Source: an uncultured Verrucomicrobiae bacterium (GTDB lineage: Bacteria > Verrucomicrobiota > Verrucomicrobiia > Chthoniobacterales > UBA10450). From it: a stretch of 64,000 nucleotides of DNA. Positions 28,538-40,979 of the stretch are shown piece by piece; the first letter of the stretch is position 1, and each line of letters opens with the position of its first letter. A model generated the notes under the pieces. It did not search any database. It was not told the origin of the DNA and saw only the letters and a list, made by a program, of their open reading frames with translations. The DNA lies in contig CAWFGO010000001.1 in the NCBI GenBank assembly GCA_963815455.1, positions 768,001 to 832,000 of the forward strand. Direction: 5' to 3'. The translations under genes were made by a program, and so were the position numbers.

Positions 28538-30556
28538 GTGGCCGAATATTCTGAGGCAAACAAAGGGGTGGATGACCGATCGTCGGTCGGCGGCGTTTGT
28601 TTTTTTCTGGCGGCCCTCGTCTGGCTGGCTTTCGGCCAAACGATTCGGCACGCGTTCGTCAATTATGATGACGACGTTTATGTTTATCAAAATCCGTACG
28701 TTCTGGCGGGACTGACGCGCCGGGGAATTGGGTGGGCCTTTGCCTATGGCAGGATCGGTCATTGGCATCCGCTAACCTGGTTTTCACACATGCTGGATTG
28801 CCAGCTCTGGGACCTTCGGGCGGGCGGGCATCATCTGACCAACGTGCTCCTGCACGCCGCCGCTGCGATCCTTCTCTTCCTGGCCTTAAAGCAAATGACG
28901 AGTGGTCCGGGCCGGACTGGCAGTATTTGGCGGAGCGCAGTCGTGGCCACGATCTTCGCGATTCATCCGCAGCGGGTGGAATCGGTCGCCTGGATCGCGG
29001 AGCGCAAAGATGTGCTGAGCGGCGCTTTCTTCATGCTCACGATCCTCGCCTACGTGAGATACGTGCGAAAGGCGCCGTCCGTGGCTGGATATGCGCCGGT
29101 GGCGATTCTATTCGCGCTCGGGCTCATGTCGAAGGGGGTGCTGGTGACGTTGCCATTTGTGCTCCTGCTCCTCGACTACTGGCCATTGCGACGAATAACA
29201 CCGGAAATCCTCCCAGCGATTCGACGGCCCGAAAACCGCGCAAAGGTTTGGTGCTTGCTCCGGGAAAAGATTCCGCTCTTTCTCCTCTCAGCCGCGTCTT
29301 GCCTGATGACCAGTCTGTCGCCGGAGCGGATTGCGCCGGCCCTGCAAATGTCGCTTCGAGCGCGGGTCGAAAACGTCATCGTTTCCGATGTCATTTACAT
29401 AAAGCAAATGCTCTACCCGGTGGGTCTGGAACTGCCCTACTTCAATCCGCCGGGCGGCTTCCCGCTTTGGCAGGTCGGCGGGGCGCTCGCACTTCTGCTC
29501 GCCGTCTCGATCGGCGTGTTTGTCTTTCGGAAAACGCATCCTTACCTGATCGTGGGCTGGCTCTGGTATCTGGGAATGATGGCGCCGGTCATTGGACTGG
29601 TGCAAATCTCCTACTACGTGCGCGCTGATCGCTACACCTATTTGCCGCACATCGGTCTCTACATCATGGCAATTTGGGGCGGCGCGGCGTTGTTAGGGCG
29701 CGTCCGCGCGGGCCGCTACATCCTCGGGGGCGTTGCTTTGCTCCTGATCGCGGCGCTCCTCTCGCGCACTCGGGCGCAGACCTCCTATTGGAATGACAGC
29801 GCGACGCTCTGGACGCACGTCTTGCAGGTGAACCCGGAGAACCACGTTGCTCATAGCAATCTGGGCCTTGTCCTGGCCGAGAACGGCCAAATCGAAAGCG
29901 CTATCACGCATTTTGAAAAGGCCCTGGAGATTCAACCGCTGTATGCCGATGCCTACAACAACATGGGCACCGCGCTTTCGCGTACCGGGCGGACACGCGA
30001 GGCGATTGCCCAATACCGGAAGGCGCTCGCTCTCGATGCGGAGCACCCGCAAATGCAGAACAATCTCGGGATCGCGCTCGCCCAAAACGGGCAGGTGAGC
30101 GAGGCGCTGCCGCACTTCCGCAAAGCGATCGAGCTCAAGCCCGATTTCGCCGCAGCCTACAGCAATTTCGGACACGCCCTTTCGCTCCAGGGACGAATCG
30201 ATGAAGCGCTGCCCCAGTTTTTGAAAGCGCTTGAGATAACGCCCAACTCCATCCTGGCGCACAAAGAGGTCGCCGTGGCATTGCTAAGAATTGGGCAACC
30301 CTCCGAAGCGGTTACCCATTATCGCAAGGTTCTCGAACTCGGGGGCGATGCGGCCGACGTGCGTTTCAATCTGGCCGCCGCCTACGCCGAGATCGGAGAT
30401 TTCGATGCTGCGTTCGAGACGGCGACTCGCGCACTGGAACAAGCGAGAGCGAACGGAGACGACCGGCTCGCCCGGCAAATCGAAGAACGCCTCGATCTTT
30501 ATCGGCAACATCAACCCAACCGGCAGACCCTGCCAAAGGATTCCGGTAATCGTTAA
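28538..30556 (+). CDS. TMTC-like GT-C membrane protein with TPR array (paralog 3, divergent)
   Basis: FVNYDDDVYV, WHPLTWFSHMLD, HPQRVESVAWIAERKDVLS, ADRYTYLP, TPRs; close to paralog 1 including C-terminal RQIE.RL.LYR. Confidence 0.82.
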   Translation: MAEYSEANKGVDDRSSVGGVCFFLAALVWLAFGQTIRHAFVNYDDDVYVYQNPYVLAGLTRRGIGWAFAYGRIGHWHPLTWFSHMLDCQLWDLRAGGHHLTNVLLHAAAAILLFLALKQMTSGPGRTGSIWRSAVVATIFAIHPQRVESVAWIAERKDVLSGAFFMLTILAYVRYVRKAPSVAGYAPVAILFALGLMSKGVLVTLPFVLLLLDYWPLRRITPEILPAIRRPENRAKVWCLLREKIPLFLLSAASCLMTSLSPERIAPALQMSLRARVENVIVSDVIYIKQMLYPVGLELPYFNPPGGFPLWQVGGALALLLAVSIGVFVFRKTHPYLIVGWLWYLGMMAPVIGLVQISYYVRADRYTYLPHIGLYIMAIWGGAALLGRVRAGRYILGGVALLLIAALLSRTRAQTSYWNDSATLWTHVLQVNPENHVAHSNLGLVLAENGQIESAITHFEKALEIQPLYADAYNNMGTALSRTGRTREAIAQYRKALALDAEHPQMQNNLGIALAQNGQVSEALPHFRKAIELKPDFAAAYSNFGHALSLQGRIDEALPQFLKALEITPNSILAHKEVAVALLRIGQPSEAVTHYRKVLELGGDAADVRFNLAAAYAEIGDFDAAFETATRALEQARANGDDRLARQIEERLDLYRQHQPNRQTLPKDSGNR

Positions 30557-30636
30557 TCGCGATCCGTGCCGAAGCTTTTGTGGGCGTTGTGCGCTTGACT
30601 TTGCCTCGCGTAAATCGCCGGATTAGTTTTCGCCAC

Positions 30637-33600
30637 ATGAATTCCCTTCAAACGGAGATCGAGCAGCGCGGAGAACGCATTTTCGATCTGGTCGATCGAC
30701 ATCCCGAATCGCTCTTCAGCAAGGCCGGTTTTTACCAGCGAATGATGGCGTTCTCGATGCGGGACGAGCAGTTCAAGGTGCAATTGTTCCGGTTTGTCGA
30801 TGTCCTCGCCTCGCTCCGCCGCTCCACCGATATCGTGCAGCATCTCGACGAATATTTCGCCGAAATGCGCAACGGCTTCGCCCCGGTGCTCCATACCGGT
30901 GTGCGCCTGGCCAAGATCGTGCCCTGGATCAGCGGCCAATTGTTGCGCTGGAATGTCTCCGGCATGGCTCGCCAGTTCATCGCTGGAAAAAATCCGGAGG
31001 ACGTGATGAAGACCCTTCGCAAACGGCGGGCGCAGAAGATCGGATTCACTGTCGATCTTCTGGGCGAAGCGGTGGTGAGCGAAAAGGAAGCCGATGAATA
31101 CGGAGCGCGCTGCCTCGATTTGCTCGAAGGTCTCGCCCGCGAAACGCAGGGCTGGTCCGATCCGCTCGGCGAAAATACCGCGTTGTTTCCGGTGGTGAAT
31201 CTTTCGGTCAAGGTCTCCGCCCTTTATTCACAAATGAATCCGGCCGATCCCGCCGATGCTATCCATCATTTGGCGCCGAAACTTCGTCCGATTCTCCGGC
31301 GCGCGCGCGAACTAGGCGCGTTCGTTAACTTCGACATGGAAAGCTACGCCCATAAGAACGCGACGCTCGAGCTTTTCAAAACATTGTTTAACGAAAAGGA
31401 GTTTAAGGACTGGCCGCACGCCGGCATTGTCATTCAGGCCTACCTGCGCGACGCGGAAGACGATCTTGTCGATCTTATCGAGTGGGGTCGGGCTCGCGGG
31501 ACGCGTTTTACCGTGCGCCTGGTAAAAGGCGCCTATTGGGATTACGAAAAGATCAAATCGGGACAGAACGGCTGGGAGGTTCCGGTGTTCCTGCAAAAGC
31601 CGGAGAGCGACGCCAATTTCGAGGCGCTCACCCGAATCCTGCTCGAAAACGAGTCAATCGTCACAGCCGCATTCGGCTCGCACAACGTCCGCAGCATCGC
31701 CCACGCCCAGGCCCTGGCCTACGAACTCGGGATCGATCCCAGCCGGTTCGAATTTCAATTACTCTACGGCATGGCCGGCCCGGTGAAACGCGCGCTGGTC
31801 GAAATGGGTTATCGCGTCCGCGAATATTGCCCGGTCGGCGAATTGCTCCCCGGAATGTCGTATCTTGTCAGGCGATTGCTCGAGAACACCTCCAACGAAG
31901 GATTCCTGCGGGCAAAATTTTCCGAGAATGTTTCGGCCGAGGAATTGCTGCGTGATCCCAATGAAATTGTAGGGCGTCTGTGTCAGACACCATCCGGTGC
32001 CGCCTCACAGAGACGGCCTACAGTTAAAAATGGTGAATTTCCGGTGTACGCACGGAGAAGATCGACAGGAACGCGATGGCGTTTATTTTGACCCAATGCA
32101 TGACGTCGCTTTTAAAAATTCGCCTCTCGTAAATTTCGCCCTCAAAGAGAGCCAGGAAAAAATGCTGGCTGCGTTGCGCGATATGCGTGGCCGCCTTGGC
32201 CAAAAATTTCCGCTTGTCATCAATGGCGAAAAAATCTGGACCGATAAACTAACGCCTTCGGTTAACCCGAGCATGCCGGAACAAATTGTCGGGTACGCGG
32301 CGGAGGCGGGAATTCCCGAAGCGGAGCGCGCCGTGGGCGCCGCTCGAGCCGCGTTTGCGAAGTGGAGCCGCACCCCAGTCGAAACCCGCGCGAGCTTGCT
32401 CGAACGCGTCGCCGCGATTCTCGACCGCCGTCGCTACGAACTTTCCGCGCTCGAAGTATTCGAAGTCGGCAAACCGTGGGGCGAAGCGGATGGCGATATT
32501 CGCGAGGCGATCGATTTTTGCAATTTCTATGCGCATCACATGCGCCTGATCGGCCGGCCCCGGCTTACCCAACAGGTTCCCGGCGAAGAAAGTTATCAGC
32601 ACTACTGGCCGCGCGGGGTCGCCCTTGTCATCGCGCCCTGGAATTTCCCGATGGCGATCCTGACCGGAATGGTGACCGCCGCGCTGGTCACGGGCAACAC
32701 CGTGATCATGAAACCATCCGAGCAATCGCTCTGCATCGGCGGGATGCTCATGGAAATTTTCGAGGAAGCCGGCATACCGCCCGGCGTGTTGAATTTTATC
32801 AATGGCCGCGGCTCGATCGTCGGCGCGCACATGGTCGATCATAAAGATGTCGATCTTATTGCCTTCACCGGGTCGCGCGAGGTCGGATTGATGATTTACG
32901 AAAGCGCCGGCAAAACGCGCGAGGGTCAGCGCGAGCTGAAGCGCGTCATTTGCGAGATGGGCGGCAAGAACGCCATGATCGTCGATTCCGATGCCGATCT
33001 CGATGAAGCAATCATCGATTCGATTTACTCCGCTTTCGGCTTTCAGGGACAGAAATGCTCCGCGCTTTCGCGACTGATCGTCCTGGAAGAAAACTACGAC
33101 CGTGTAATGGAACGATTGCTTTCCGCGGCGGCTAGTTTGCGCGTTGGCAATCCGGAGGAACCGGGCATCGTCGTTGGCCCGGTCATCGACAAAGCCGCTT
33201 ACAATCGGATCCTGGAGTACATCGACATCGGCAAGAGCGAAGCGACACTCGCTTATCAAGCGAAAGATCTGCCGCCGAAGGGATACTTCATTCCCCCAAC
33301 GATTTTCACAGACGTGAAACCCAACATGCGAATCGCCCGCGAAGAAATCTTCGGTCCGGTGCTGAGCGTCATCAAAGTCCGGGACCTCGACGAAGCGATC
33401 GAAGTCGCCAACGGCACCGATTACGCGTTAACCGGCGGCTTTTTCTCGCGCAGCCCGGCCAACATCGAGCGGGTGAAAGCGCAATTGGAAGCGGGCAACG
33501 TTTACATCAACCGCTCCTGCACCGGCGCAGTCGTCGGACGCCATCCCTTCGGCGGATTCAAGATGAGCGGCGGCGGCACCAAAGCCGGCGGCGTCGATTA

Positions 33601-33814
33601 TCTCCTGAATTTCCTCGTCCCGCGCATCGTCACCGAAAACATCATGCGCCACGGCTTCGCCCCGAAGAAACGCCGGAACATGCGCGACCTGGCCAGAACC
33701 GGCACGCACGTGCCTGTGGGGCTGGCGGGCGATTACGCTTCCACAATGAAACGACGGCTGCCGCTTCTGTGGTTTTCGCTTCACAATTCGGCGCGTTTAC
33801 ATCAGAATCTGTAA
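30637..33814 (+). CDS. putA: bifunctional proline dehydrogenase / P5C dehydrogenase (frame break in the linker near 32030-32095; 3' end uncertain)
   Basis: PRODH: DLLGE, FDME, IQAYL, RLVKGAYWD, GSHNVRS, YLVRRLLEN; P5CDH: PWNFP, FTGS, EMGGKN, GQKCSA, EEIFGP, PFGGFKMSG. Confidence 0.9.
31968..32022. repeat. GTAG-type REP-like doublet inside the putA inter-domain linker
   Basis: TGTAGGGCGTCTGTGTCAGACACC..CTCACAGAGACGGCCTACA; similar to the intergenic copy at 36406..36455. Confidence 0.75.
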
Positions 33815-34556
33815 CTAGCCAAATCTTGTTTACGATGATTGAGCGATTCGTGATTGTAATAATACCACTTTATCCATACGGCTCGCAAAGGCGGCCGAGC
33901 CCAGCAAGGCTGATCTCAGAAAAGCGATTTACCGAACGAATAGTCGATGGCGTAAGCGAGAGGGCGCGCAAACAAATTTATGGGGCGATGTTCTCGTTGC
34001 CGAAGTCCCTACGGGAAGCATGCATCCACCAGCATCTGCTGTTGGCGATTGGCGACTAATTCCTTCAGTTGGGAACACTGTGACAGAAATGATTCAGACT
34101 CCAGCGTCTGCGACGACCGCCTGCACATTTGGCGCTTGAATCAGGATGCGCTGACTCGGTACCAGAGCATTACGCATGCGTTGAGATGAATGGATACAGG
34201 CGGTCAATATATAATGGCATTGATTTCTTTTTGGCCGGGAAAGCCGACAGGGTGGACGAAAATCAGATAGTGCAGTTCACAAAGTTGAGCGCGAAGGCTT
34301 GTCGCTTGCCATCTTGGAAGGAGGATGGCGAAGTAAGGAAACTGGACTTCGCCTCCTCGCGACCGAACTTCCTCGCCGCCGCATCGTACAAAAACATGTC
34401 ATGCTCTTCCCATCGGTGCCGCCGAAGAGCAAACCCGCGACACCGCGCCAAATTTCTTTGGCCAAACTAATCGTAACACAGGATAAACAGGATCGACATC
34501 CGACTCCTTCCCGGTGATCTCAGCGTCCTCAGTGGTCAATCATCTTCCTGTTCGGC

Positions 34557-34585
34557 TTGATGCGTTCAGCTTCGCTGCATAGAAT
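34557..34585 (+). promoter_or_regulatory. sigma70-like promoter, probable leaderless TA transcript
   Basis: TTGATG-N17-TAGAAT, 7 nt before GTG 34593. Confidence 0.55.
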
Positions 34586-34592
34586 GCTGCTC

Positions 34593-34809
34593 GTGAGTGA
34601 TGCAATCCAGAGTCTGAAGCGATTGCCTGTCTCTAGCGGATTCAACTCGTCGAAGATCTGTGGGACAGCATTGCCGAAGATTCCGCGGGAATAGGCCTTA
34701 CTCCGGAGCATATTCCGAACTCGACCGACGATTGGACGCGTTGGAGGCGCAGCCAAGAGCCGGAACTCCCTGGGAAATCGCTCGTGAGCGTATTCTGGCA
34801 AGCCTGTGA
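34593..34809 (+). CDS. addiction-module antitoxin (putative addiction module component family), two single-base deletions
   Basis: frame-corrected: MSDAIQSLKRLPVSERIQLVEDLWDSIAE..LTPEHIAELDRRL..GTPWEIARERILASL. Confidence 0.8.
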
Positions 34810-35107
34810 GCTTGCCGGTAATCACGCGCGCCGAGGCCGAAGCCGACATTGCTGAAGCCGCGATTTGGTATGAGCGTCGCTGCGCCGGCTTGGGCGCCGA
34901 GTTCGTGCGTAGCGTTGATGCTTGCTTTGCTCTTATTTCACGGCAACCGGAAGTCTTCCCGTAGTTTATCGTCAAGCTCGCCTGGGGCTCCTGCGAAAGT
35001 TTCCATACCTCGTAATCTATCGCGTTTTCCCGGACTTTGCTTCTGTCGTCGGCGTCATGCATGAGCGGCGTCATCCACGCCGCTGGAAATCGAGAATCAT
35101 CGAATAA
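34806..35107 (+). CDS. ParE/RelE-family toxin (one frameshift near 34960)
   Basis: GTGA overlap with antitoxin; AEADIAEAAIWYE..GLGAEF..PEVFP..RKFPYLVIY..VMHERRHP..W. Confidence 0.82.
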
Positions 35108-35141
35108 GCGCGGCTCCTGCGCTCGAAGCGAGGCACCGAAA

Positions 35142-35435
35142 CTAATCCAGCGGCCGCCCCTTGATGAGCAACTTCACGACGACGATGAGCATGTAGATCA
35201 CCGGCCAGGCGGCAGCTAGAACGACGAGACCAAACACCCACATCTCCTTGGCTCGTTCGCGGGCGCAGACCGTCATGAATTCCCGGCTGAGACTGTAAAA
35301 GTCGCGCGCTCGGGCTTTGTCTTCGTCATCATCGGGCGAATAGCCTCGCCACGTACCGATCGCCGATTGAAAATAGTAATCCGTCGGCGGGAAATGCCGC
35401 CTTGCATCGGCTGCGGAGTGAAACGTCGGTTTCAT
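35142..35435 (-). CDS. hypothetical protein with C-terminal TM helix
   Basis: MKPTFH..FPPTDYYFQ; hydrophobic C-terminus; fills the gap. Confidence 0.6.
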   Translation of the reverse strand: MKPTFHSAADARRHFPPTDYYFQSAIGTWRGYSPDDDEDKARARDFYSLSREFMTVCARERAKEMWVFGLVVLAAAWPVIYMLIVVVKLLIKGRPLD

Positions 35436-35623
35436 CGCCTTGGAGCGACAGCTTGGATCGTGCTCAATCATGCCACAGGAATCGGCATTTGAAAGTCCGA
35501 GCGCGTAGCGTTTGTGCGCTGAGGATAACGCACGCTACAGCCTCGCTCACAACCCGCACCGACTGGCGTTTCCGCCTGATTTAGCGCCCAAAATGGCATC
35601 AGGAGTGCTTTCTAGTAATTATA

Positions 35624-36277
35624 ATGCACCCGCGCAAACTGTTCCTTCCCCTCGCTTTACTCTCCTGCCAGATCCTTAATGCCGCTGACGATTCAGCGCC
35701 GTCCGTTTCGGCCAGTGCAGTTATTGCCGAGATGAATCTTGCCCGGCAAAATCCGGCCCTTTACGCAAATTACGTCGAAGAATTGCGTCCTTATTACAAC
35801 GGCAACCTTCTCGTCCTGCCGGGCCACACGAGGATTTACACCAAGGAAGGCGTAAGAGCATTGAACGACGCTGTGCGCTTTCTTCGCTCCACCAGACCGC
35901 TCCAACCCTTCATTCTCTCCCCCGGGATGTGCAAAAGCGCAGCCGACCATTGCGCAGACCAGGCGAGCGGCCGGTTAGGACACAACGGCACCGACGGCAG
36001 CAGCCCCGGCCGGCGCATGAGTCGCTATGGCGTCTGGGGTTCGAGCTGGGGCGAAAATATTTCCTACGGAAAAACAACTGCGCGCGAGATTGTCCTCCAG
36101 TTGATCATCGACGACGGCCTCCCGGCCAGGAAACACCGGAAGAACATCTTCAACTCGAATTTTAATTACGCGGGCGCGGCTTACGGTCCGCATGCCCGTT
36201 ACCATTGCATTTGCAACATCGACTTCGCCGGCGCGTATGCCGAGCGCGGCCAGCCGCTCGTCGCGCGCAATTATTAA
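35624..36277 (+). CDS. secreted CAP/SCP domain protein
   Basis: signal peptide, EMNLAR, GHNGTDGS, GENISYG, LIIDDG..HRKNIF. Confidence 0.88.
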   Translation: MHPRKLFLPLALLSCQILNAADDSAPSVSASAVIAEMNLARQNPALYANYVEELRPYYNGNLLVLPGHTRIYTKEGVRALNDAVRFLRSTRPLQPFILSPGMCKSAADHCADQASGRLGHNGTDGSSPGRRMSRYGVWGSSWGENISYGKTTAREIVLQLIIDDGLPARKHRKNIFNSNFNYAGAAYGPHARYHCICNIDFAGAYAERGQPLVARNY

Positions 36278-36314
36278 CCCGCAGGTCGGAAACACATTTT
36301 AGCCCCGCGCGTCG

Positions 36315-36368
36315 TGTCATCCTGAGCGCAGCGAAGAACCGAGATCCTTCGCTCCGCTCGGGATGACA
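36315..36368. repeat. GTCAT..ATGAC palindromic repeat, copy 2
   Basis: TGTCATCCTGAGCGCAGCGAAG..CTTCGCTCCGCTCGGGATGACA. Confidence 0.85.
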
Positions 36369-36405
36369 GCGCTTGCTCGCCGTTCGAAAATCGAAAATCT
36401 CTGTT

Positions 36406-37988
<1,583 letters not shown>

Positions 37989-37992
37989 GACG

Positions 37993-38021
37993 TTGTCGAT
38001 GATGCCGCCAAGCGCTAAACT
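37993..38021 (+). promoter_or_regulatory. sigma70-like promoter, probable leaderless hicB transcript
   Basis: TTGTCG-N17-TAAACT, 6 nt before GTG 38028. Confidence 0.55.
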
Positions 38022-38027
38022 CCCTCT

Positions 38028-38245
38028 GTGAAATTGACGGCAATTTACGAGGAAGTTGCAGGGGGCTACATCGGTTACGTTCAAGAGTTGCCCGGCGCGA
38101 ATACACAAGGTGCGACTCTGGAGGAGACGCGCGCAAACTTGAAGGAGGCAGTGGAATGGTTCTTGATGCCAACCGCGAGCTGGCAGAAAAAGAGATCGCG
38201 GGGCGAAACGTCACCCGTGAACCATTCGAGTTAACCCCCGCGTGA
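38028..38245 (+). CDS. hicB: HicB-family antitoxin (frameshift near 38157)
   Basis: GGYIGYVQELPGANTQGATLEETRANLKEAV, continuing as ..LDANRELAEK after correction. Confidence 0.85.
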
Positions 38246-38428
38246 AACGGCGCGAGCTGTTGCGCCATCTTGAATCACATGGTTGCGGGTTTTTGCGCGA
38301 AGGCGGCAATCACACAATTTATCGTTAATCCCCAGAGCAAGAAAGTCTCTGCAGTTCCGCGACATCGTGAAATCTTCGGGCGGCTCGTGCTCAAGATTTG
38401 CCGAGATTTGGGAATTCCGAAGCCATAG
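38242..38428 (+). CDS. hicA: HicA-family toxin (one extra base near 38323; not in ORF track)
   Basis: MKRRELLRHLESHGCGFLREGGNHTIY[+1]VNPQSKKVSAVPRHREI..KICRDLGIPKP. Confidence 0.85.
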
Positions 38429-38472
38429 GCGCTGTTGACGGGACAACCGGTGCTGTTTATTCCGCATTGGCC

Positions 38473-38718
38473 GTGGAATTGAAGCTTTATAGCCGCGAAT
38501 GGTGCTCCTGGTGCATTGACGCGAAGGACTATCTCACCGAGAGAGGGTACCGCTTTCAGGAGATCGACGTGGGCCAGGATCGACAAGCGTACGAGGAAAT
38601 GAAGGAGCTTTCAGATCAAACTTACGTGCCGACCTTCGTGGCCGGCGACAAAGTGCTGGCCAATTTCGATACCGATGCGCTGGAGAAATTCCTGCGCGAG
38701 CACGAGATCAATCCCTAA
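38473..38718 (+). CDS. glutaredoxin-like protein
   Basis: LYSREWCSWC redox motif, QTYVPT; GTG start inferred. Confidence 0.85.
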   Translation: MELKLYSREWCSWCIDAKDYLTERGYRFQEIDVGQDRQAYEEMKELSDQTYVPTFVAGDKVLANFDTDALEKFLREHEINP

Positions 38719-39533
38719 TGCTCTTTGCCCTTTTCCTCACGCTCGGCGTGGCAGTGCTTAGTGTCGCCCTGCGCAGCTTTGAATCGTCCTTCTCGCAAAA
38801 GGCCGGCGCGCTCGGGATCCTGATCTCGTCATATCTCGCGGTTTTCTTCATCACCGGCAGCCAGGCCCTCGGCGCGGTCGCGGCGTTAAGCTGGCTTTTC
38901 TTGCCCTGGCTGGAAATTCTCACTCGCATCCGCACTCTTCGGTTGCCGAAAGAAAAACAACTCCGCCCCAAAAGTCCGCCCTCGGCCGACACATTTCCTA
39001 CGCTCGACGACATTAGCCGTGAGATCGAAAACGAAGGCTTCGTTCACATCAATGATGCTGGCTGGGACTGGGAAGATTACCGGCAATTTTTCCGCCTGTT
39101 TTACAAGGACGAAGACCGGGCCCAGGCCACGATTTGTCTGAATGAGCAGAACGATCTTTCATTTTATTATTTGCGGATTTCGTCGCGGGCCAAGAGCGGC
39201 ACGATCTGGACGACGTGGAATTATCCGCTCTCCTACGGGTTGAAATTGACGCCGCAATTTCGGATCAATCGACAAGCGCCCGACCAAACGTTCTGGCAGC
39301 TTTACCAGAGCCATCGCGAGTTTCTCCGGACCAACGAGGTTGACGAAGCCGCCATCGAGGCCCTCGACGAAGACCGGATACAAACTGAGATGGAGAAAGA
39401 TTTGCGCGATCAAATCGCGCACAACATCGACAAGGGCGTGCTTCGCCAGACAGCCGAAGGCGAGGTCAAATATTCCTGGCGCGGAATGTTGTATCTCTGG
39501 TGCCAGTTCCTGCTCGATCTGGTGCGGCTGTAG
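38718..39533 (+). CDS. hypothetical membrane protein
   Basis: N-terminal TM helices plus a soluble domain; coupled to the glutaredoxin gene. Confidence 0.75.
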   Translation: MLFALFLTLGVAVLSVALRSFESSFSQKAGALGILISSYLAVFFITGSQALGAVAALSWLFLPWLEILTRIRTLRLPKEKQLRPKSPPSADTFPTLDDISREIENEGFVHINDAGWDWEDYRQFFRLFYKDEDRAQATICLNEQNDLSFYYLRISSRAKSGTIWTTWNYPLSYGLKLTPQFRINRQAPDQTFWQLYQSHREFLRTNEVDEAAIEALDEDRIQTEMEKDLRDQIAHNIDKGVLRQTAEGEVKYSWRGMLYLWCQFLLDLVRL

Positions 39534-39590
39534 CTCTTGCCCTTAAACCTCGTTTCATTGGAGAGGAGAGGCAGAGGAAGAGCAAGATGC

Positions 39591-40151
39591 CTAAACCTTC
39601 ATGATCTCAGCTTCTTTATGCTTGAGATGATCGTCGATCGATTTGACGAAGCGATCGGTCAGCTTTTGCACTTCATCTTCCGCATCGCGCAAGCCGTCTT
39701 CGGTCAACACACCCGAAGCTTTGAGTTTCTTGGCTTCGTCGAGCCCGGCGCGCCGGTTCGCGCGCACGCGAACACGGGCTTCCTCCGCCATTTTACTTAA
39801 CGATTTCACCAAATCTTTGCGCCGTTCTTCGGACAACTCCGGAATCGGCAGCCGAATTATTTTCCCATCGACAGCGGGCATGATCCCGATCTTCGATTCG
39901 TTCAACGCCCGCTCGATGTCCTGAACGGTGCTGGCGTCGAACGGCTGCACCACCAGCAACCGCGGCTCGGGCGTGGTGATCAAGGCAAGCTGTTTCAGTT
40001 TCATTGTCGATCCGTAAGCTTGCACGTCGATGTTCTCGACCAGCGCGGGCGACGCTTTCCCGGTGCGCACGGAGGAAAATTCGTGAATGAGATAATCGAC
40101 GCTTTTCTCCATCGACATCTCGGCTTCCAAAAGAATGTCGTCTTTGCTCAT
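39591..40151 (-). CDS. frr: ribosome recycling factor
   Basis: [29 protein letters not shown]; downstream of pyrH. Confidence 0.96.
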   Translation of the reverse strand: MSKDDILLEAEMSMEKSVDYLIHEFSSVRTGKASPALVENIDVQAYGSTMKLKQLALITTPEPRLLVVQPFDASTVQDIERALNESKIGIMPAVDGKIIRLPIPELSEERRKDLVKSLSKMAEEARVRVRANRRAGLDEAKKLKASGVLTEDGLRDAEDEVQKLTDRFVKSIDDHLKHKEAEIMKV

Positions 40152-40903
40152 GTGTTTGATTTTTCCGCCGAACGCGCCTCGTCGCAAACGAGTGTGCCGA
40201 CTTTTTTGCCCAGCACGGCTTCGCGCAGGATGCCGGGTTTATACATGTCGAACACCACGATCGGGATTTTGTTGTCCATGCAAAGACTAAACGCGGTTGA
40301 ATCCATGATTTGCAACCGTTTCGTCAGCGCTTCGGTAAAGGTGATCTGGTCGTAGCGTTTCGCATCGGGATGCTTGGTCGGGTCGCGATCGTAAACGCCG
40401 TCCACTTTCGTCGCTTTAAGGATGACATCGGCCCGGATTTCGCTGGCCCGCAACGCCGCGGTGGTGTCGGTTGAAAAATATGGATTGCCAGTGCCGGCGG
40501 CGAAAATTACCACCCGGCCGACTTCAAGATGTCGAATGGCGCGCCCGAGGATGAATGGCTCGGCCACATTTTTCATTTCGATCGCGGTCTGCACCCGGGT
40601 ATCGACGCTCATCTGGGACAGCGCGCTCCGTAGTGCCAGCGCGTTGATGACCGTGGCGAGCATACCCATGTAATCGGCCGTGGTGCGGTCCATGCCCCGA
40701 TGCGACGCAGAAAGCCCGCGCCAGATGTTTCCGCCGCCGATTACGATCGCAATTTGCACCCCAAGATCGCGCACCTCCTTGATCCGCTCTGCGATCTCCC
40801 GCACCACAGCCGGCGAAATGTTGTCCCGCGCGTCGCGTTCCTGCAGGGATTCGCCGCTCAGTTTCAGCACGATCCGTTTATAAGCCGGCGCTTCCGTCTT
40901 CAT
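40148..40903 (-). CDS. pyrH: UMP kinase
   Basis: [38 protein letters not shown]. Confidence 0.97.
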   Translation of the reverse strand: MKTEAPAYKRIVLKLSGESLQERDARDNISPAVVREIAERIKEVRDLGVQIAIVIGGGNIWRGLSASHRGMDRTTADYMGMLATVINALALRSALSQMSVDTRVQTAIEMKNVAEPFILGRAIRHLEVGRVVIFAAGTGNPYFSTDTTAALRASEIRADVILKATKVDGVYDRDPTKHPDAKRYDQITFTEALTKRLQIMDSTAFSLCMDNKIPIVVFDMYKPGILREAVLGKKVGTLVCDEARSAEKSNT

Positions 40904-40979
40904 GGGCAGCGCAAATGAAACAGGAGAGACCGATATTTGGAAAGCAAAATGGTGGATCGACATCTGAACGTCGCTCGGG

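Noticed and set aside
34529..35074. 181-aa - strand ORF
   Set aside because: It is antisense to the frameshifted antitoxin/ParE pair, which has clear family motifs.
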